From positions 64,001 through 128,000 of IMG/VR virus record IMGVR_UViG_3300023179_000021: a DNA stretch of 64,000 nucleotides, one strand, 5' to 3'. A program made the translations under genes and the position numbers. Under the pieces are notes generated by a model that did not search any database, was not told the DNA's origin, and saw only the letters and a program-made list of their open reading frames with translations. Of this stretch, positions 18,652 through 28,280 are shown piece by piece. How positions within the stretch are numbered: position 1 is the first letter of the stretch; every line of letters begins with the position of its first letter. This DNA is from a virus.

Positions 18652-19338
18652 ATGAAACTTTCAAATGAAACAATTGGTGTTCTAAAAAACTTTGGCAGTA
18701 TTAATTCTGGTATTTTTTTGAAGAAAGGCAAAACAATTAAAACCGTTTCTTCACATAAAAATATTTTGGCACAAGCTACAATTCCTGATGAAATTCCTGC
18801 CGACTTTGGTATCTACGACTTAAATGAATTTCTTTCTGTGGTTTCTCTGCATAAAGATGATTTGAATCTTGAGTTTGATTCTAAGAATGTTGTAATCTCT
18901 GGCCTTAAAGGCCGTAGTAAAATTAAGTATCGTTCTTGTGATGCTACAATGCTTGTTGTACCTCCAGAAAAAACACTTCAGATTGCTAATCCAGAAATTC
19001 AATTTGATTTAAGTGCTGAAGACTTTAGATGGATTCTTGACGCTGCAAATGTTCTTGGCAGCCCACAAATTTCTGTTGAATCTGATGGTATAAAAGTCAC
19101 ACTGAATACATTAGATGTAACAAATGATTCAGCTCATACCGAATCGCTTGAATTAGAAGTTGAAGGCTCTGGTAACAAATACAAGATGGTTTTTAAAACT
19201 GAAAATTTTTCTAAAGTATTACTTGGTCCATATGAGGTGAAAATTTCTTCAAAAGGCGTTTCTCATTTTAAGAACAAAAAAACATCTATTGAATATTGGA
19301 TTACCACAGAAATTGGCTCAACATTTCAAAAGGCTTAA
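18652..19338 (+). CDS. gp45: Sliding clamp gp45
   Basis: MKLSNETIGVLKNF, FGIYDLNEFL and YWITTE motifs. Confidence 0.92.
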   Translation: MKLSNETIGVLKNFGSINSGIFLKKGKTIKTVSSHKNILAQATIPDEIPADFGIYDLNEFLSVVSLHKDDLNLEFDSKNVVISGLKGRSKIKYRSCDATMLVVPPEKTLQIANPEIQFDLSAEDFRWILDAANVLGSPQISVESDGIKVTLNTLDVTNDSAHTESLELEVEGSGNKYKMVFKTENFSKVLLGPYEVKISSKGVSHFKNKKTSIEYWITTEIGSTFQKA

Positions 19339-19340
19339 TT

Positions 19341-19523
19341 ATGATTTTATTTACTGATGCTGAAACTGGAAATGAAGTTTATATAAATCCAGATTGTGTA
19401 AAGATGGTTAGAGATTTTAGAAACTTAACAAAAATCATGTTTTTGGATGATGCGTATGTTATCGTCACTGACACTCTTAAAGTTACAATTGAAAAAATGG
19501 TTAAAAAACCAGTTAAATCTTGA
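19341..19523 (+). CDS. Small hypothetical protein
   Basis: MILFTDAETGNEVYINPD...; fills the gp45-gp44 gap. Confidence 0.55.
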   Translation: MILFTDAETGNEVYINPDCVKMVRDFRNLTKIMFLDDAYVIVTDTLKVTIEKMVKKPVKS

Positions 19524-19549
19524 GATGTTTATTGTGAGGAATTTTTATT

Positions 19550-20482
19550 ATGAGTCAACTTCTTTGGGTGGAAACACACAGGCCCCAAACAATTCGGGAC
19601 TGTATCCTACCAGAGCGTCTGAAAAAACCATTTCAGGAATATGTCAATCAAAAAAGTATTCCAAATCTTCTTCTTGCTGGTGGTCCTGGAGTAGGCAAGA
19701 CCACAGTGGCCAAGGCCATGTGCAACGAAGTGGGATGCGATTATCTGGTAATCAATGGTTCTGACGAATCTGGTATTGATACTTTCCGTGTAAAAATCAA
19801 AAATTATGCTTCGTCAATGTCTTTGGCTGGTGGCCGTAAAGTCATCATCATTGATGAAGCCGACTATTTAAACCCAAACTCCACACAACCCGCCTTAAGG
19901 AACGCAATTGAAGAATTTGCTTCAAACTGCTCTTTCATATTTACTTGTAACTATAAGAATCGTATCATTGAGCCTTTACATTCTCGGTGTGCGGTTGTCG
20001 ATTTCACTCTTAAAAACGGTGATAAGGCTAAAATGGCCAAAGAATTCTTCATACGAATCAAAGAAATTTTACGAAGTGAATCGGTCGACTTTGAGGACAA
20101 AGTAGTTGCTGAATTAATTAAGAAACATTTTCCAGATTTTCGTCGTGTAATTAACGAACTGCAGCGTTATTCGCAGTTTGGTAAAATCGATTCTGGTGTT
20201 CTTGCTCAAATTGCTAATGTTTCTATTTCTGAAATAGTAAAGCATATGAAAGAGAAAGATTTTGGCTCTCTTCGTAAGTGGGTGGCCTCAGGAGATTATG
20301 ATGCAAATGTGGTGTTTCGGCAGATTTATGACGCACTATATGACGTATTAAAACCACAATCAATTCCACAGGCCGTATTGATTCTTGCTGACTATCAATA
20401 CAAACAGGCCTTTGTTGCTGATGGTGAAATTAATCTTGTTGCTTGTCTTGTTGAATTGATGGGGAATTGTGAGTTTGTATGA
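19550..20482 (+). CDS. gp44: Clamp loader large subunit gp44
   Basis: GGPGVGKT, IIIDEAD and SRC motifs. Confidence 0.95.
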   Translation: MSQLLWVETHRPQTIRDCILPERLKKPFQEYVNQKSIPNLLLAGGPGVGKTTVAKAMCNEVGCDYLVINGSDESGIDTFRVKIKNYASSMSLAGGRKVIIIDEADYLNPNSTQPALRNAIEEFASNCSFIFTCNYKNRIIEPLHSRCAVVDFTLKNGDKAKMAKEFFIRIKEILRSESVDFEDKVVAELIKKHFPDFRRVINELQRYSQFGKIDSGVLAQIANVSISEIVKHMKEKDFGSLRKWVASGDYDANVVFRQIYDALYDVLKPQSIPQAVLILADYQYKQAFVADGEINLVACLVELMGNCEFV

Positions 20483-21048
20483 AATTAGATTTTTGTGCTA
20501 TTTGTGGTACTAAAGAAGGTTTACACCAACATCATATTCATCCTGTTGTATACTCTACGGCAAAAAGAAACAGTAAGAAATATGACTCAAATAAGAAATT
20601 AAAAGAATGTGATATTTTTGAGATATGGGCTTATCTTTTAGATCAAGGTTATATATCAGATGATGCGACGGTTACGGTTTGTGAATTTCATCACAATATG
20701 TTGCACGGTATAGTTAAATTCACAAAAGCAAAACAATCCGATATGATTAAAGCAGGTATAGAAAAATCTAGACAAAAAGGCATCAAGCTTGGAAGACCTA
20801 GTAAATTGAATGATGAAATGATATACAATGTGCATCAAATGCGAAAAAATGGATTTTCAATTAGAGATGCGGCGAGAGAACTTAAAATTGGTATAGGCAC
20901 AATTTATTCAGCTTTAAACTTGGAACCAAAAGATTTATCGAACGAAGAGTGTGATGAAATTCTGAATTTGATTGAAAATGATGAACTTGATTCACATTTA
21001 ACTGTTGAATTGGAATCAACTTCTTATTGGGAAAATCTTCGTGAATGA
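20479..21048 (+). CDS. HNH-type zinc nuclease domain fused to a resolvase-type HTH
   Basis: CAICG...HQHHIHP...TVCEFHHNMLH, then KAGIEKSRQKGIKLGRPSKL...SIRDAARELKIGIGTIY. Confidence 0.6.
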   Translation: MKLDFCAICGTKEGLHQHHIHPVVYSTAKRNSKKYDSNKKLKECDIFEIWAYLLDQGYISDDATVTVCEFHHNMLHGIVKFTKAKQSDMIKAGIEKSRQKGIKLGRPSKLNDEMIYNVHQMRKNGFSIRDAARELKIGIGTIYSALNLEPKDLSNEECDEILNLIENDELDSHLTVELESTSYWENLRE

Positions 21049-22192
21049 TTTATTTAATCTTCTTAGACTAAAACGTTCTAATTCATTTAAAAAAAGTACC
21101 AAATATCATGTAGCTCGTAGCCGAAATAAAAGAAAAATACGAAAAATTGACGATAGGAAATATGAAATGGGTGCATCAATGGAAGATAAATCACAAACAG
21201 AGTATTTTTTAAGTGCATCATCTTTGAATGACCATGTGATTTCTAAATGTTTATCAAAGCGTGTTGAATTAAGATTTACAACAATTTGTCTTAAAGAAAG
21301 TTTGGTTTGTAATCCTAAGGAATGGCATGAATATGTCCGTTATAAATTAGATGATGAATTCAATCAATTGGTTGAATTTGGCCATCAAACTGGTATGATT
21401 ATCAATAATGAAACAAATGATTTCGTTGATTACACTGTCAATTCCAATCTTGTTGAAGTCAAAATTTATGGCTCTAAACAATTTACCGAAAAAATGTATG
21501 GCCAATTGACCGAGGATTTTGAAATTGCTGCATGTTATATTGAATGGGTTTATGGTTCAGATGGTGAATCCGTAAATATTCCATTATCATCAGAAAAGCT
21601 TCCAATTTCTGAGATGTACCCTTTTCTTGGGAGTGAATCAATCGAAGAATACTATAATCGTTTTTTAGAATCATCAGCATCGATTCTTCTTTTGATTGGT
21701 CCACCAGGCACAGGTAAAACCACATTCATTCGTGGTTTGCTTTATCATTCTGCTATGAACGCCATTGTTACCTATGACGATAAGATCCTAGAGCGTGATT
21801 ATATCTTTGCTCGTTTTATTGAGGATGATGTTGGCGTAATGGTCATTGAAGATGCTGATAGTTTCCTCAAACCAAGGGCCGATGGCAATACAATGATGCA
21901 TCGCTTTCTAAATGTGGGCGATGGCCTTATTTCAATGAAACGTAAGAAACTCATCTTTTCAACCAATCTGCCATCGGTTAATGATGTTGATGATGCTCTA
22001 ATTCGTCCCGGTCGTTGCTTTGATATTTTAAATTTTGAGAATTATAACGAAGAACAAGCTAAGATTGTCAGTGGAAAACTTGGTATACCTTTTAATTCTA
22101 AATCACCTTCTGAGACTTATTCTTTGGCTGAAATCTTTCATACACAAAAGAATTCAAACTCAAAACAGAAAAGAAAGATGGGATTTGTATGA
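21041..22192 (+). CDS. AAA+ ATPase
   Basis: GPPGTGKT, VIEDAD, STN and ALIRPGRCFD motifs; GTG start inferred. Confidence 0.8.
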   Translation: MNDLFNLLRLKRSNSFKKSTKYHVARSRNKRKIRKIDDRKYEMGASMEDKSQTEYFLSASSLNDHVISKCLSKRVELRFTTICLKESLVCNPKEWHEYVRYKLDDEFNQLVEFGHQTGMIINNETNDFVDYTVNSNLVEVKIYGSKQFTEKMYGQLTEDFEIAACYIEWVYGSDGESVNIPLSSEKLPISEMYPFLGSESIEEYYNRFLESSASILLLIGPPGTGKTTFIRGLLYHSAMNAIVTYDDKILERDYIFARFIEDDVGVMVIEDADSFLKPRADGNTMMHRFLNVGDGLISMKRKKLIFSTNLPSVNDVDDALIRPGRCFDILNFENYNEEQAKIVSGKLGIPFNSKSPSETYSLAEIFHTQKNSNSKQKRKMGFV

Positions 22193-22575
22193 GTAACCCT
22201 TTTGACTATGTAAATCAGATTCTCTATGGTAAAAAGGATTTGATTGTTGATGCTCAAACTGAAAAAGAATACAACCCCTTCATCGTAAACAGGTCACTTT
22301 CTTATCATTTCGATTGTGTTTTGTTTACTAATGAGATGAATCGAAGGCATTTTGTCGATAAAAAGTTACAAAATTCATTCCTAATAAATACAATCAGGTC
22401 TCGTAAAAGGCCTTTTGCTAAGTGGGTTAAATCTGAAAAGAGTGAAGATTTGGAATGTATCAAAAAATATTTTAACTATTCCAACATTAGAGCTCTTGAA
22501 GTTTTGCCTCTACTCAGTGAAAAACAAATCCAAGAATTAAAAGAAAAAACCGAAATAGGTGGATTAAGGAAATGA
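22189..22575 (+). CDS. gp62: Clamp loader small subunit gp62
   Basis: MSNPFDYVN, YNPFIVNRSLS and RKRPFAKW motifs. Confidence 0.9.
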   Translation: MSNPFDYVNQILYGKKDLIVDAQTEKEYNPFIVNRSLSYHFDCVLFTNEMNRRHFVDKKLQNSFLINTIRSRKRPFAKWVKSEKSEDLECIKKYFNYSNIRALEVLPLLSEKQIQELKEKTEIGGLRK

Positions 22576-22576
22576 T

Positions 22577-22993
22577 ATGTCTGATATATTTAAAGGAGTT
22601 GGAGTTGAAATAACACTTGAAAATGAGGATGCATTTTTAAAAGTAAGAGAAACACTGACAAGAATTGGTGTTTCGTCTCGTAAAGAAAAAGTGTTATACC
22701 AATCTTGCCACATACTTCATAAACAAGGCCGTTATGTAATTTTACATTTTAAAGAATTATTTTCTTTAGATGGAAAACCATCTACAATTACAGACAATGA
22801 TATACAACGAAGAAATGCTATTACTAATTTGCTTGAAGAATGGGGATTATTGAAAATACTTAAAGATGAAAAGGAGAAAATTGAAGGAAATTTGGCACCT
22901 CTACATCAAATTAAAATCATTTCATATAAAGAAAAAGATGATTGGGAACTTGTAAGTAAATATACAATAGGAAAAAAGAAAGTTGAGTATTGA
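22577..22993 (+). CDS. regA: Translational repressor RegA
   Basis: FLKVRETLTRIG and LYQSCHILHKQGRYVILHFKELF motifs. Confidence 0.95.
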   Translation: MSDIFKGVGVEITLENEDAFLKVRETLTRIGVSSRKEKVLYQSCHILHKQGRYVILHFKELFSLDGKPSTITDNDIQRRNAITNLLEEWGLLKILKDEKEKIEGNLAPLHQIKIISYKEKDDWELVSKYTIGKKKVEY

Positions 22994-23175
22994 AAATGAA
23001 ACCCGTAATTGTGAAATTAAAAAATTTATATACAAATGAAATTATATACACTGAAAATTATGATGATTACCAAGAAAAAGATGGTCTAGAATTCATCAAA
23101 GTTTTTAAGGAAGAAAACCCAAAAAGAAAGTATTTGGTCAACAGAAATGCTTATCAAATACTAAATAAAGAATAG
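22990..23175 (+). CDS. Small hypothetical protein
   Basis: About 60-aa ORF packed after regA. Confidence 0.5.
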   Translation: MKMKPVIVKLKNLYTNEIIYTENYDDYQEKDGLEFIKVFKEENPKRKYLVNRNAYQILNKE

Positions 23176-23230
23176 CCAATGCCTAATGGGTTGGCTATTT
23201 TAAACTTGCTTATTTAAGGAGAAAACTATG
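23171..23230 (+). promoter_or_regulatory. ROSE-like RNA thermometer in the hsp20 leader
   Basis: 5' hairpin AATAGCCAA...TTGGCTATT, then CTTGCT-TATTTA-AGGAG with UUGCU opposite the SD. Confidence 0.6.
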
Positions 23231-23701
23231 ACTTATGTATTACGTCCGCTTCACTACACAACCCTTGGTTTTGAACGCTTTTTTAATGATGTTGAGCGAT
23301 TGCTTAAAGATGACCCTCAAGCCAAGGCTTCCAACTTTCCACCACATAATATTCTTCGTCTAGATGACAATCGTTATATCATCGAAATGGCTGTCGCTGG
23401 TTTTGCCAAAGACGAAATTGATATTACAATTGAAGATGGCAGCTTGACCGTAAAAGGTGAAAAAAAAGAACAGGTAAATAATTCTCAATATGTACATCGT
23501 GGTATTGGCACACGTTCTTTTACCAAAACTTTTACTGTTGCTGATACAATTGAAGTTTGTGGTGCCGAATTTAAAGATGGCATTCTTCGTATTGGTCTAG
23601 AAAATATTATTCCAGATCACAAGAAACCGCGCAAAGTTGAAATTGGTAATAATCTTGAGGCATTCAAGCCACAACTTTTACAAGAGACCAAAACGGCATA
23701 A
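23228..23701 (+). CDS. Small heat-shock protein Hsp20 (IbpA-like)
   Basis: FPPHNI, IEMAVAGF, YVHRGIGTRSF and A.FKDGIL motifs. Confidence 0.92.
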   Translation: MTYVLRPLHYTTLGFERFFNDVERLLKDDPQAKASNFPPHNILRLDDNRYIIEMAVAGFAKDEIDITIEDGSLTVKGEKKEQVNNSQYVHRGIGTRSFTKTFTVADTIEVCGAEFKDGILRIGLENIIPDHKKPRKVEIGNNLEAFKPQLLQETKTA

Positions 23702-23707
23702 GTGGGT

Positions 23708-23734
23708 GGGAGGGCTTGACCCTCCCTTGTTTTT
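23708..23734 (+). terminator. Rho-independent terminator
   Basis: GGGAGGG-CTTGA-CCCTCCC followed by TTGTTTTT. Confidence 0.8.
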
Positions 23735-23752
23735 ATTATAGAATAGATTCTT

Positions 23753-24205
23753 ATGAAAACTATTTCAATTGTCAGTGATGATAGAAAATGTGGTGATTGT
23801 ACACTTTGTTGTGAAGGATGGATAACAAATGTTGCACATGGCTATGAAATGTGGCCAGGTAATAAGTGCCAATTCGTTTCTTGTGGAAATGGTTGTACAA
23901 TTTATAATGATCGGCCCAAAAGTTGTGAAGAATTTTCTTGCCAATGGTTAATTGACAAACGTGTGCCAGAGTGGATGAAACCCAATACATGCGGTGCTAT
24001 TTTAAAAGAATGGGAAATAAATGGTATTAAATTTTTAGAAATTTTTGAAGCAGGCCGAAAACTAGATTCTGAAGTTTTAACATGGGCTTTTAATGCTCTA
24101 GTAAGCAAAAAATTTGAAAATATAAAATACCAAGTTTCTTCAGGTTGGAATTATTTCGGTACCAAAGAATTTTTTGATGTAATCAGAAAAAAATATCAAA
24201 AATGA
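23753..24205 (+). CDS. Cys-rich metal-binding protein (YkgJ/Fe-S-cluster-like)
   Basis: CGDCTLCC, CQF, GCTIYNDRPKSC..FSCQW. Confidence 0.65.
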   Translation: MKTISIVSDDRKCGDCTLCCEGWITNVAHGYEMWPGNKCQFVSCGNGCTIYNDRPKSCEEFSCQWLIDKRVPEWMKPNTCGAILKEWEINGIKFLEIFEAGRKLDSEVLTWAFNALVSKKFENIKYQVSSGWNYFGTKEFFDVIRKKYQK

Positions 24206-24633
24206 AACAAAAATTTATCGAACCCTATATGAAGGTAGCTGAAACTTTTGCTGAGTTATCTTCAGCACGCCGTCTTCATGTCGGTGCTATTGTTGTAAAA
24301 GATGATAGAATCATTTCAATTGGTTATAATGGTATGCCGACTGGATGGACAAATGAGTGTGAAGATGAAAAATATGAAGAAGATGGATTTCATATCACAA
24401 CGATAACAAAGCCAGAGGTATTGCACGCTGAAACAAACGCAATCGCTAAGTTAGCTAAATCCACAGAATCTGGTGATGGCGCTATAATGTTTATTACTCA
24501 CGCACCATGCCTTGAATGTGCAAAGTTAATTTATCAAAGTGGCATCAAGTCTGTTTTTTATCGTAACACCTATCGCAGCACCGATGGTGTTGATTTTCTA
24601 ACTAAATGTGGCATCGAGGTAAAAAATGTCTGA
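24202..24633 (+). CDS. dCMP deaminase
   Basis: HAETNAI, PCLECAK and GYNG motifs. Confidence 0.92.
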   Translation: MKQKFIEPYMKVAETFAELSSARRLHVGAIVVKDDRIISIGYNGMPTGWTNECEDEKYEEDGFHITTITKPEVLHAETNAIAKLAKSTESGDGAIMFITHAPCLECAKLIYQSGIKSVFYRNTYRSTDGVDFLTKCGIEVKNV

Positions 24634-24796
24634 TAAAGTATACACTAGCGAAGTTCTAGAGATTTTAGAAAACGGTGATGCAATGATTGAAATACCAATT
24701 GAACTTATGAAAGAAATGGAATGGAAAGAAGGCGATGTTCTGGATTGTTCTTTAGAAGAAGACACAATTATTTTGCGTAAACTTGACAATTATTGA
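24626..24796 (+). CDS. AbrB/MazE-like small DNA-binding protein (56 aa, not in the ORF track)
   Basis: Translated by hand: ...NGDAMIEIPIELMKEMEWKEGDVLDCSLEEDTIILRK. Confidence 0.6.
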   Translation: MSDKVYTSEVLEILENGDAMIEIPIELMKEMEWKEGDVLDCSLEEDTIILRKLDNY

Positions 24797-24827
24797 TTTA
24801 CATTTAAAATAAGAAAAGGAAATCATT

Positions 24828-25190
24828 ATGAAATCTGTGTTTAAAGATGTACAAATTTTTATGGAAGCCGCAGATCAATCAACAACAGATTATAATCTAG
24901 ACCAATCTTCTCTTTATATGAAATTAATTGGTGAAGAATTTAGTGAACTACTTACTGCTAAAAACCGTAATGATGACCCTGAAATTGCTGATGCTTGTTT
25001 CGACCTCATGTGGGTTGTAATTGGATATATGATTTCAAGAGGTTGGAATGTTGATAAAATTTGGGATGAAGGTGCTCTAAGTAATTTAAGAAAAATTGAT
25101 CCAGAAACACGAAAAGTTTTAAAACGTGAAGATGGTAAAGTTTTAAAACCCGAAGGATGGCAACCTCCCAATTTTAGTCAATTTGTTTAA
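24828..25190 (+). CDS. MazG-like/PRA-PH nucleoside triphosphate pyrophosphatase
   Basis: LIGEEFSEL...EIADACFDL...SNLRK...REDGKVLKPEGW. Confidence 0.8.
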   Translation: MKSVFKDVQIFMEAADQSTTDYNLDQSSLYMKLIGEEFSELLTAKNRNDDPEIADACFDLMWVVIGYMISRGWNVDKIWDEGALSNLRKIDPETRKVLKREDGKVLKPEGWQPPNFSQFV

Positions 25191-25201
25191 AAAGGAACTA
25201 T

Positions 25202-25426
25202 ATGAATATTCGTGAATTAGCTAAAAAAATAGCAATCGAACAAAAACTTCCAAGGTCTGAGAAATATGATTTAGTTTTGCGAGAATATGACAGAATGGTC
25301 GAACTGATTGGCTTAGTTCCTGACCCTAATTACAACATGCGTGATTTTGAAGGGCGTGAAATGTTGTTTCCTAAACGCTGGGTAACACTGGCTGTTTTTC
25401 CCGAAAGTACAAAGGTGAATGTATAA
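25202..25426 (+). CDS. Hypothetical protein
   Basis: AAGGA RBS; packed in the operon. Confidence 0.55.
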   Translation: MNIRELAKKIAIEQKLPRSEKYDLVLREYDRMVELIGLVPDPNYNMRDFEGREMLFPKRWVTLAVFPESTKVNV

Positions 25427-25725
25427 TGGATGTCAAACTTGTAACACTTAAAACAAATCACACACTGATTGCTAAGGTTGAACTGCCTTTTGACCAATCG
25501 TATGTGTTGGTTAAAGAACCACTTCAAGTAGCCTTACAACCAACCAAAGAAGGTTCTGGTGTGATGTTTGTACCATTTGTTGAATATGCCGAAGAGTTTA
25601 AAACAGGCTTCAAGATTTCAATGAGTGATGTACTAATGATTTCAACACCTCTACAAGAACTACAGGACAATTACCGGCAAATCTTCAGTAATATACAAAT
25701 TGCCTCAGCCATGCCAAGGGTTTGA
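25426..25725 (+). CDS. Conserved Sm-like hypothetical protein upstream of gp43
   Basis: VKLVTLKTNHTLIA...FVPF pattern. Confidence 0.6.
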   Translation: MDVKLVTLKTNHTLIAKVELPFDQSYVLVKEPLQVALQPTKEGSGVMFVPFVEYAEEFKTGFKISMSDVLMISTPLQELQDNYRQIFSNIQIASAMPRV

Positions 25726-25737
25726 TATAATCCAAGG

Positions 25738-28269
25738 ATGAACTACTATACAAACATTTCAGTACAAGGCAACAATGTCCTGTATAGAGGTGTCTTAAAC
25801 GGTCGGCGAATTCAAAAGAAAATTGAATACTCGCCGATTTTGTTTTTGCCTTCTAATAAAAATACAGGATGGAAAACCTTATTTGGTGAGAATCTTGAAT
25901 TAAAGAAGTTTGATACGATTCGGGATGCTCGTGATTTTGTTAAACGCTATGAAGAGGTTCAAAACTTTAAGATATATGGCAATGACCGTTTTGAGTATGC
26001 CTTTATTGCTGATGAACACCGAGGACCTATAGATTGGGACATCACTCAACTTTCAATTGTTATCATTGATATTGAGGTTGGTTCAGAGAATGGTTTTCCT
26101 GATCCATATAAGGCCACAGAACCAATCACAGCCATTGCCGTGCGCCAACTAAATGGAGATATCACAGTATATGGTTGTGGTGAATATAAGAAACAAGGTG
26201 ATGAAAATTATATACAATGTAAAGATGAGTGGACACTTTGTAAAACTTTTTTAAAAGATTGGCAAGCAAATTACCCCGATGTGGTTTCTGGTTGGAATAT
26301 TGATTACTTTGATATTCCATACTTGGTAAACCGCTTCAATCGTATTCTTGGTGAAGATGAGACAAAGAAACTTTCACCATGGAATAACGTATGGGAAAGA
26401 AGTTTCGTACATAAAGGCCAACAAAAAAGAGTGTACAATATGACTGGTATTGCTGCACTTGATTACATTGAATTGTACCGATGGTATGCTCCTGCTGGTA
26501 AGTCACAAGAATCATACTCGTTGAATCATATTACCAGTGTTGAACTAAATGAATCAAAAATTTCTTATGATGAGTATGACAACCTCCATCAATTGTATAG
26601 ACTTAATTATCAAAAATTTATTGAATACAATATTAAAGATGTAGAACTTGTCATCAAACTTGAAGACAAACTAAAGCTAATTGAACTAGCACTAACTCTA
26701 GCCTACGACACAAAGACCAACTATGAAGACGTATTTGCTCAAACTCGTATGTGGGATTCGCTCATCTATTCGTATCTCTTGGAGAAAAATGTTGTTGTCC
26801 CGCCAAAAGAAATTCAAAAGAAAGATTCAGCATTTGAGGGTGCCTATGTAAAAGACCCTCAGATTGGTATGCACGATTGGGTGGCCTCATTTGATCTTGA
26901 TAGTCTGTACCCACACCTGATGATGATGTACAACATATCACCTGAAACGCTGGTGGAAACAAGCGACTATACCGATGAAATGAGACAATTGGTTATGGAT
27001 GGGATATCAGTGGAAAATCTCCTTGGCCAAAAAGTAAAAACTAACGCTATAAAAAATGTAACTGTTACTCCAAATGGCCAATTCTTTCGTACTGACTTCC
27101 AAGGTTTTCTGCCAAAGATGCTTGAAGAAATGTATGAAGATCGGAAGAAGTTTAAGAAGTTAATGTTGAAGTGTAAACAAGAATATGTTGACGAAAAAAA
27201 CCCAAAGAAAAAAGAAGAAATTGGTAAACTGGTTGCACGATACAATAATCTACAACTCGCAAAGAAGGTGGCATTAAATTCTGCCTATGGTGCCCTAGGC
27301 TCACAGTATTTCCGATTCTATGATCTTAGAATGGCACTTGGTGTAACATTGGCTGGTCAACTGTCTATTCGTTGGATTGAAAATAAAATCAATATATACA
27401 TGAATAAACTATTAAAGACTGCTGATGTAGATTATGTTATTGCTTCGGACACAGATTCGATTTATTTGCGCCTTGGTGACCTCGTTGATAAGGTGTATGC
27501 AGGCGAGAAAGAAGTTACTAAAGTTATCGCCTTCATGGATCGTGTCTGCGAAGATAAGATACAACCTTATATTAATGAGAGTTATCAGGAACTTGCTTCG
27601 TATGTTCATGCCTATGACCAAAAAATGAGAATGAAGCGTGAAGGTTTGTCCAATAAAGGGCTCTGGACGGCCAAAAAACGCTATATTCTCAATGTGTTCA
27701 ATAACGAAGGCGTCCAATATGATGAGCCTGATATGAAAATTATGGGTCTTGAGGTGGTTAAATCATCAACTCCGGCCATCATTCGGGAGAAAATGAAAGA
27801 AACCATTTCACTGATAATCAATGCCGATGAGGCCACGGTTCAAGAGTTTATTGCAAATTTGAAACAAGAATTCAAGAAACTACCTGTAGAAGACATTTCT
27901 TTTCCTCGTGGCGTCAATGGCATCCGTGAGTATTCGGATTCAGCCAGTCTATATAAAAAGGGAACACCAATTCATGTAAAGGGTGCCATTCTCTACAACC
28001 ATTTTCTCATCGAAAAGAAATTAACAAAGAAGTATCCACTGATACAAGAAGGTGAAAAACTTAAATTTACTTATCTGAAAACACCAAACCCATTTAAAGA
28101 TACAGTTGTTTCATTTCCTGCAAGGCTGCCAAAAGAATTTGGCTTACAAGAATATATTGATTATGAAACACAATTTGAAAAAACATTTATTGAGCCTATG
28201 GAAATTATTTTAGATTGTATTGGTTGGCAAGTAGAACGACAGAACAGCCTCGAAGCATTTTTTGTTTAA
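25738..28269 (+). CDS. gp43: Family B DNA polymerase gp43
   Basis: DIE exonuclease motif, SFDLDSLYP, KVALNSAYG, DTDS and KKRY. Confidence 0.98.
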   Translation: MNYYTNISVQGNNVLYRGVLNGRRIQKKIEYSPILFLPSNKNTGWKTLFGENLELKKFDTIRDARDFVKRYEEVQNFKIYGNDRFEYAFIADEHRGPIDWDITQLSIVIIDIEVGSENGFPDPYKATEPITAIAVRQLNGDITVYGCGEYKKQGDENYIQCKDEWTLCKTFLKDWQANYPDVVSGWNIDYFDIPYLVNRFNRILGEDETKKLSPWNNVWERSFVHKGQQKRVYNMTGIAALDYIELYRWYAPAGKSQESYSLNHITSVELNESKISYDEYDNLHQLYRLNYQKFIEYNIKDVELVIKLEDKLKLIELALTLAYDTKTNYEDVFAQTRMWDSLIYSYLLEKNVVVPPKEIQKKDSAFEGAYVKDPQIGMHDWVASFDLDSLYPHLMMMYNISPETLVETSDYTDEMRQLVMDGISVENLLGQKVKTNAIKNVTVTPNGQFFRTDFQGFLPKMLEEMYEDRKKFKKLMLKCKQEYVDEKNPKKKEEIGKLVARYNNLQLAKKVALNSAYGALGSQYFRFYDLRMALGVTLAGQLSIRWIENKINIYMNKLLKTADVDYVIASDTDSIYLRLGDLVDKVYAGEKEVTKVIAFMDRVCEDKIQPYINESYQELASYVHAYDQKMRMKREGLSNKGLWTAKKRYILNVFNNEGVQYDEPDMKIMGLEVVKSSTPAIIREKMKETISLIINADEATVQEFIANLKQEFKKLPVEDISFPRGVNGIREYSDSASLYKKGTPIHVKGAILYNHFLIEKKLTKKYPLIQEGEKLKFTYLKTPNPFKDTVVSFPARLPKEFGLQEYIDYETQFEKTFIEPMEIILDCIGWQVERQNSLEAFFV

Positions 28270-28280
28270 CGGAGAAACGA

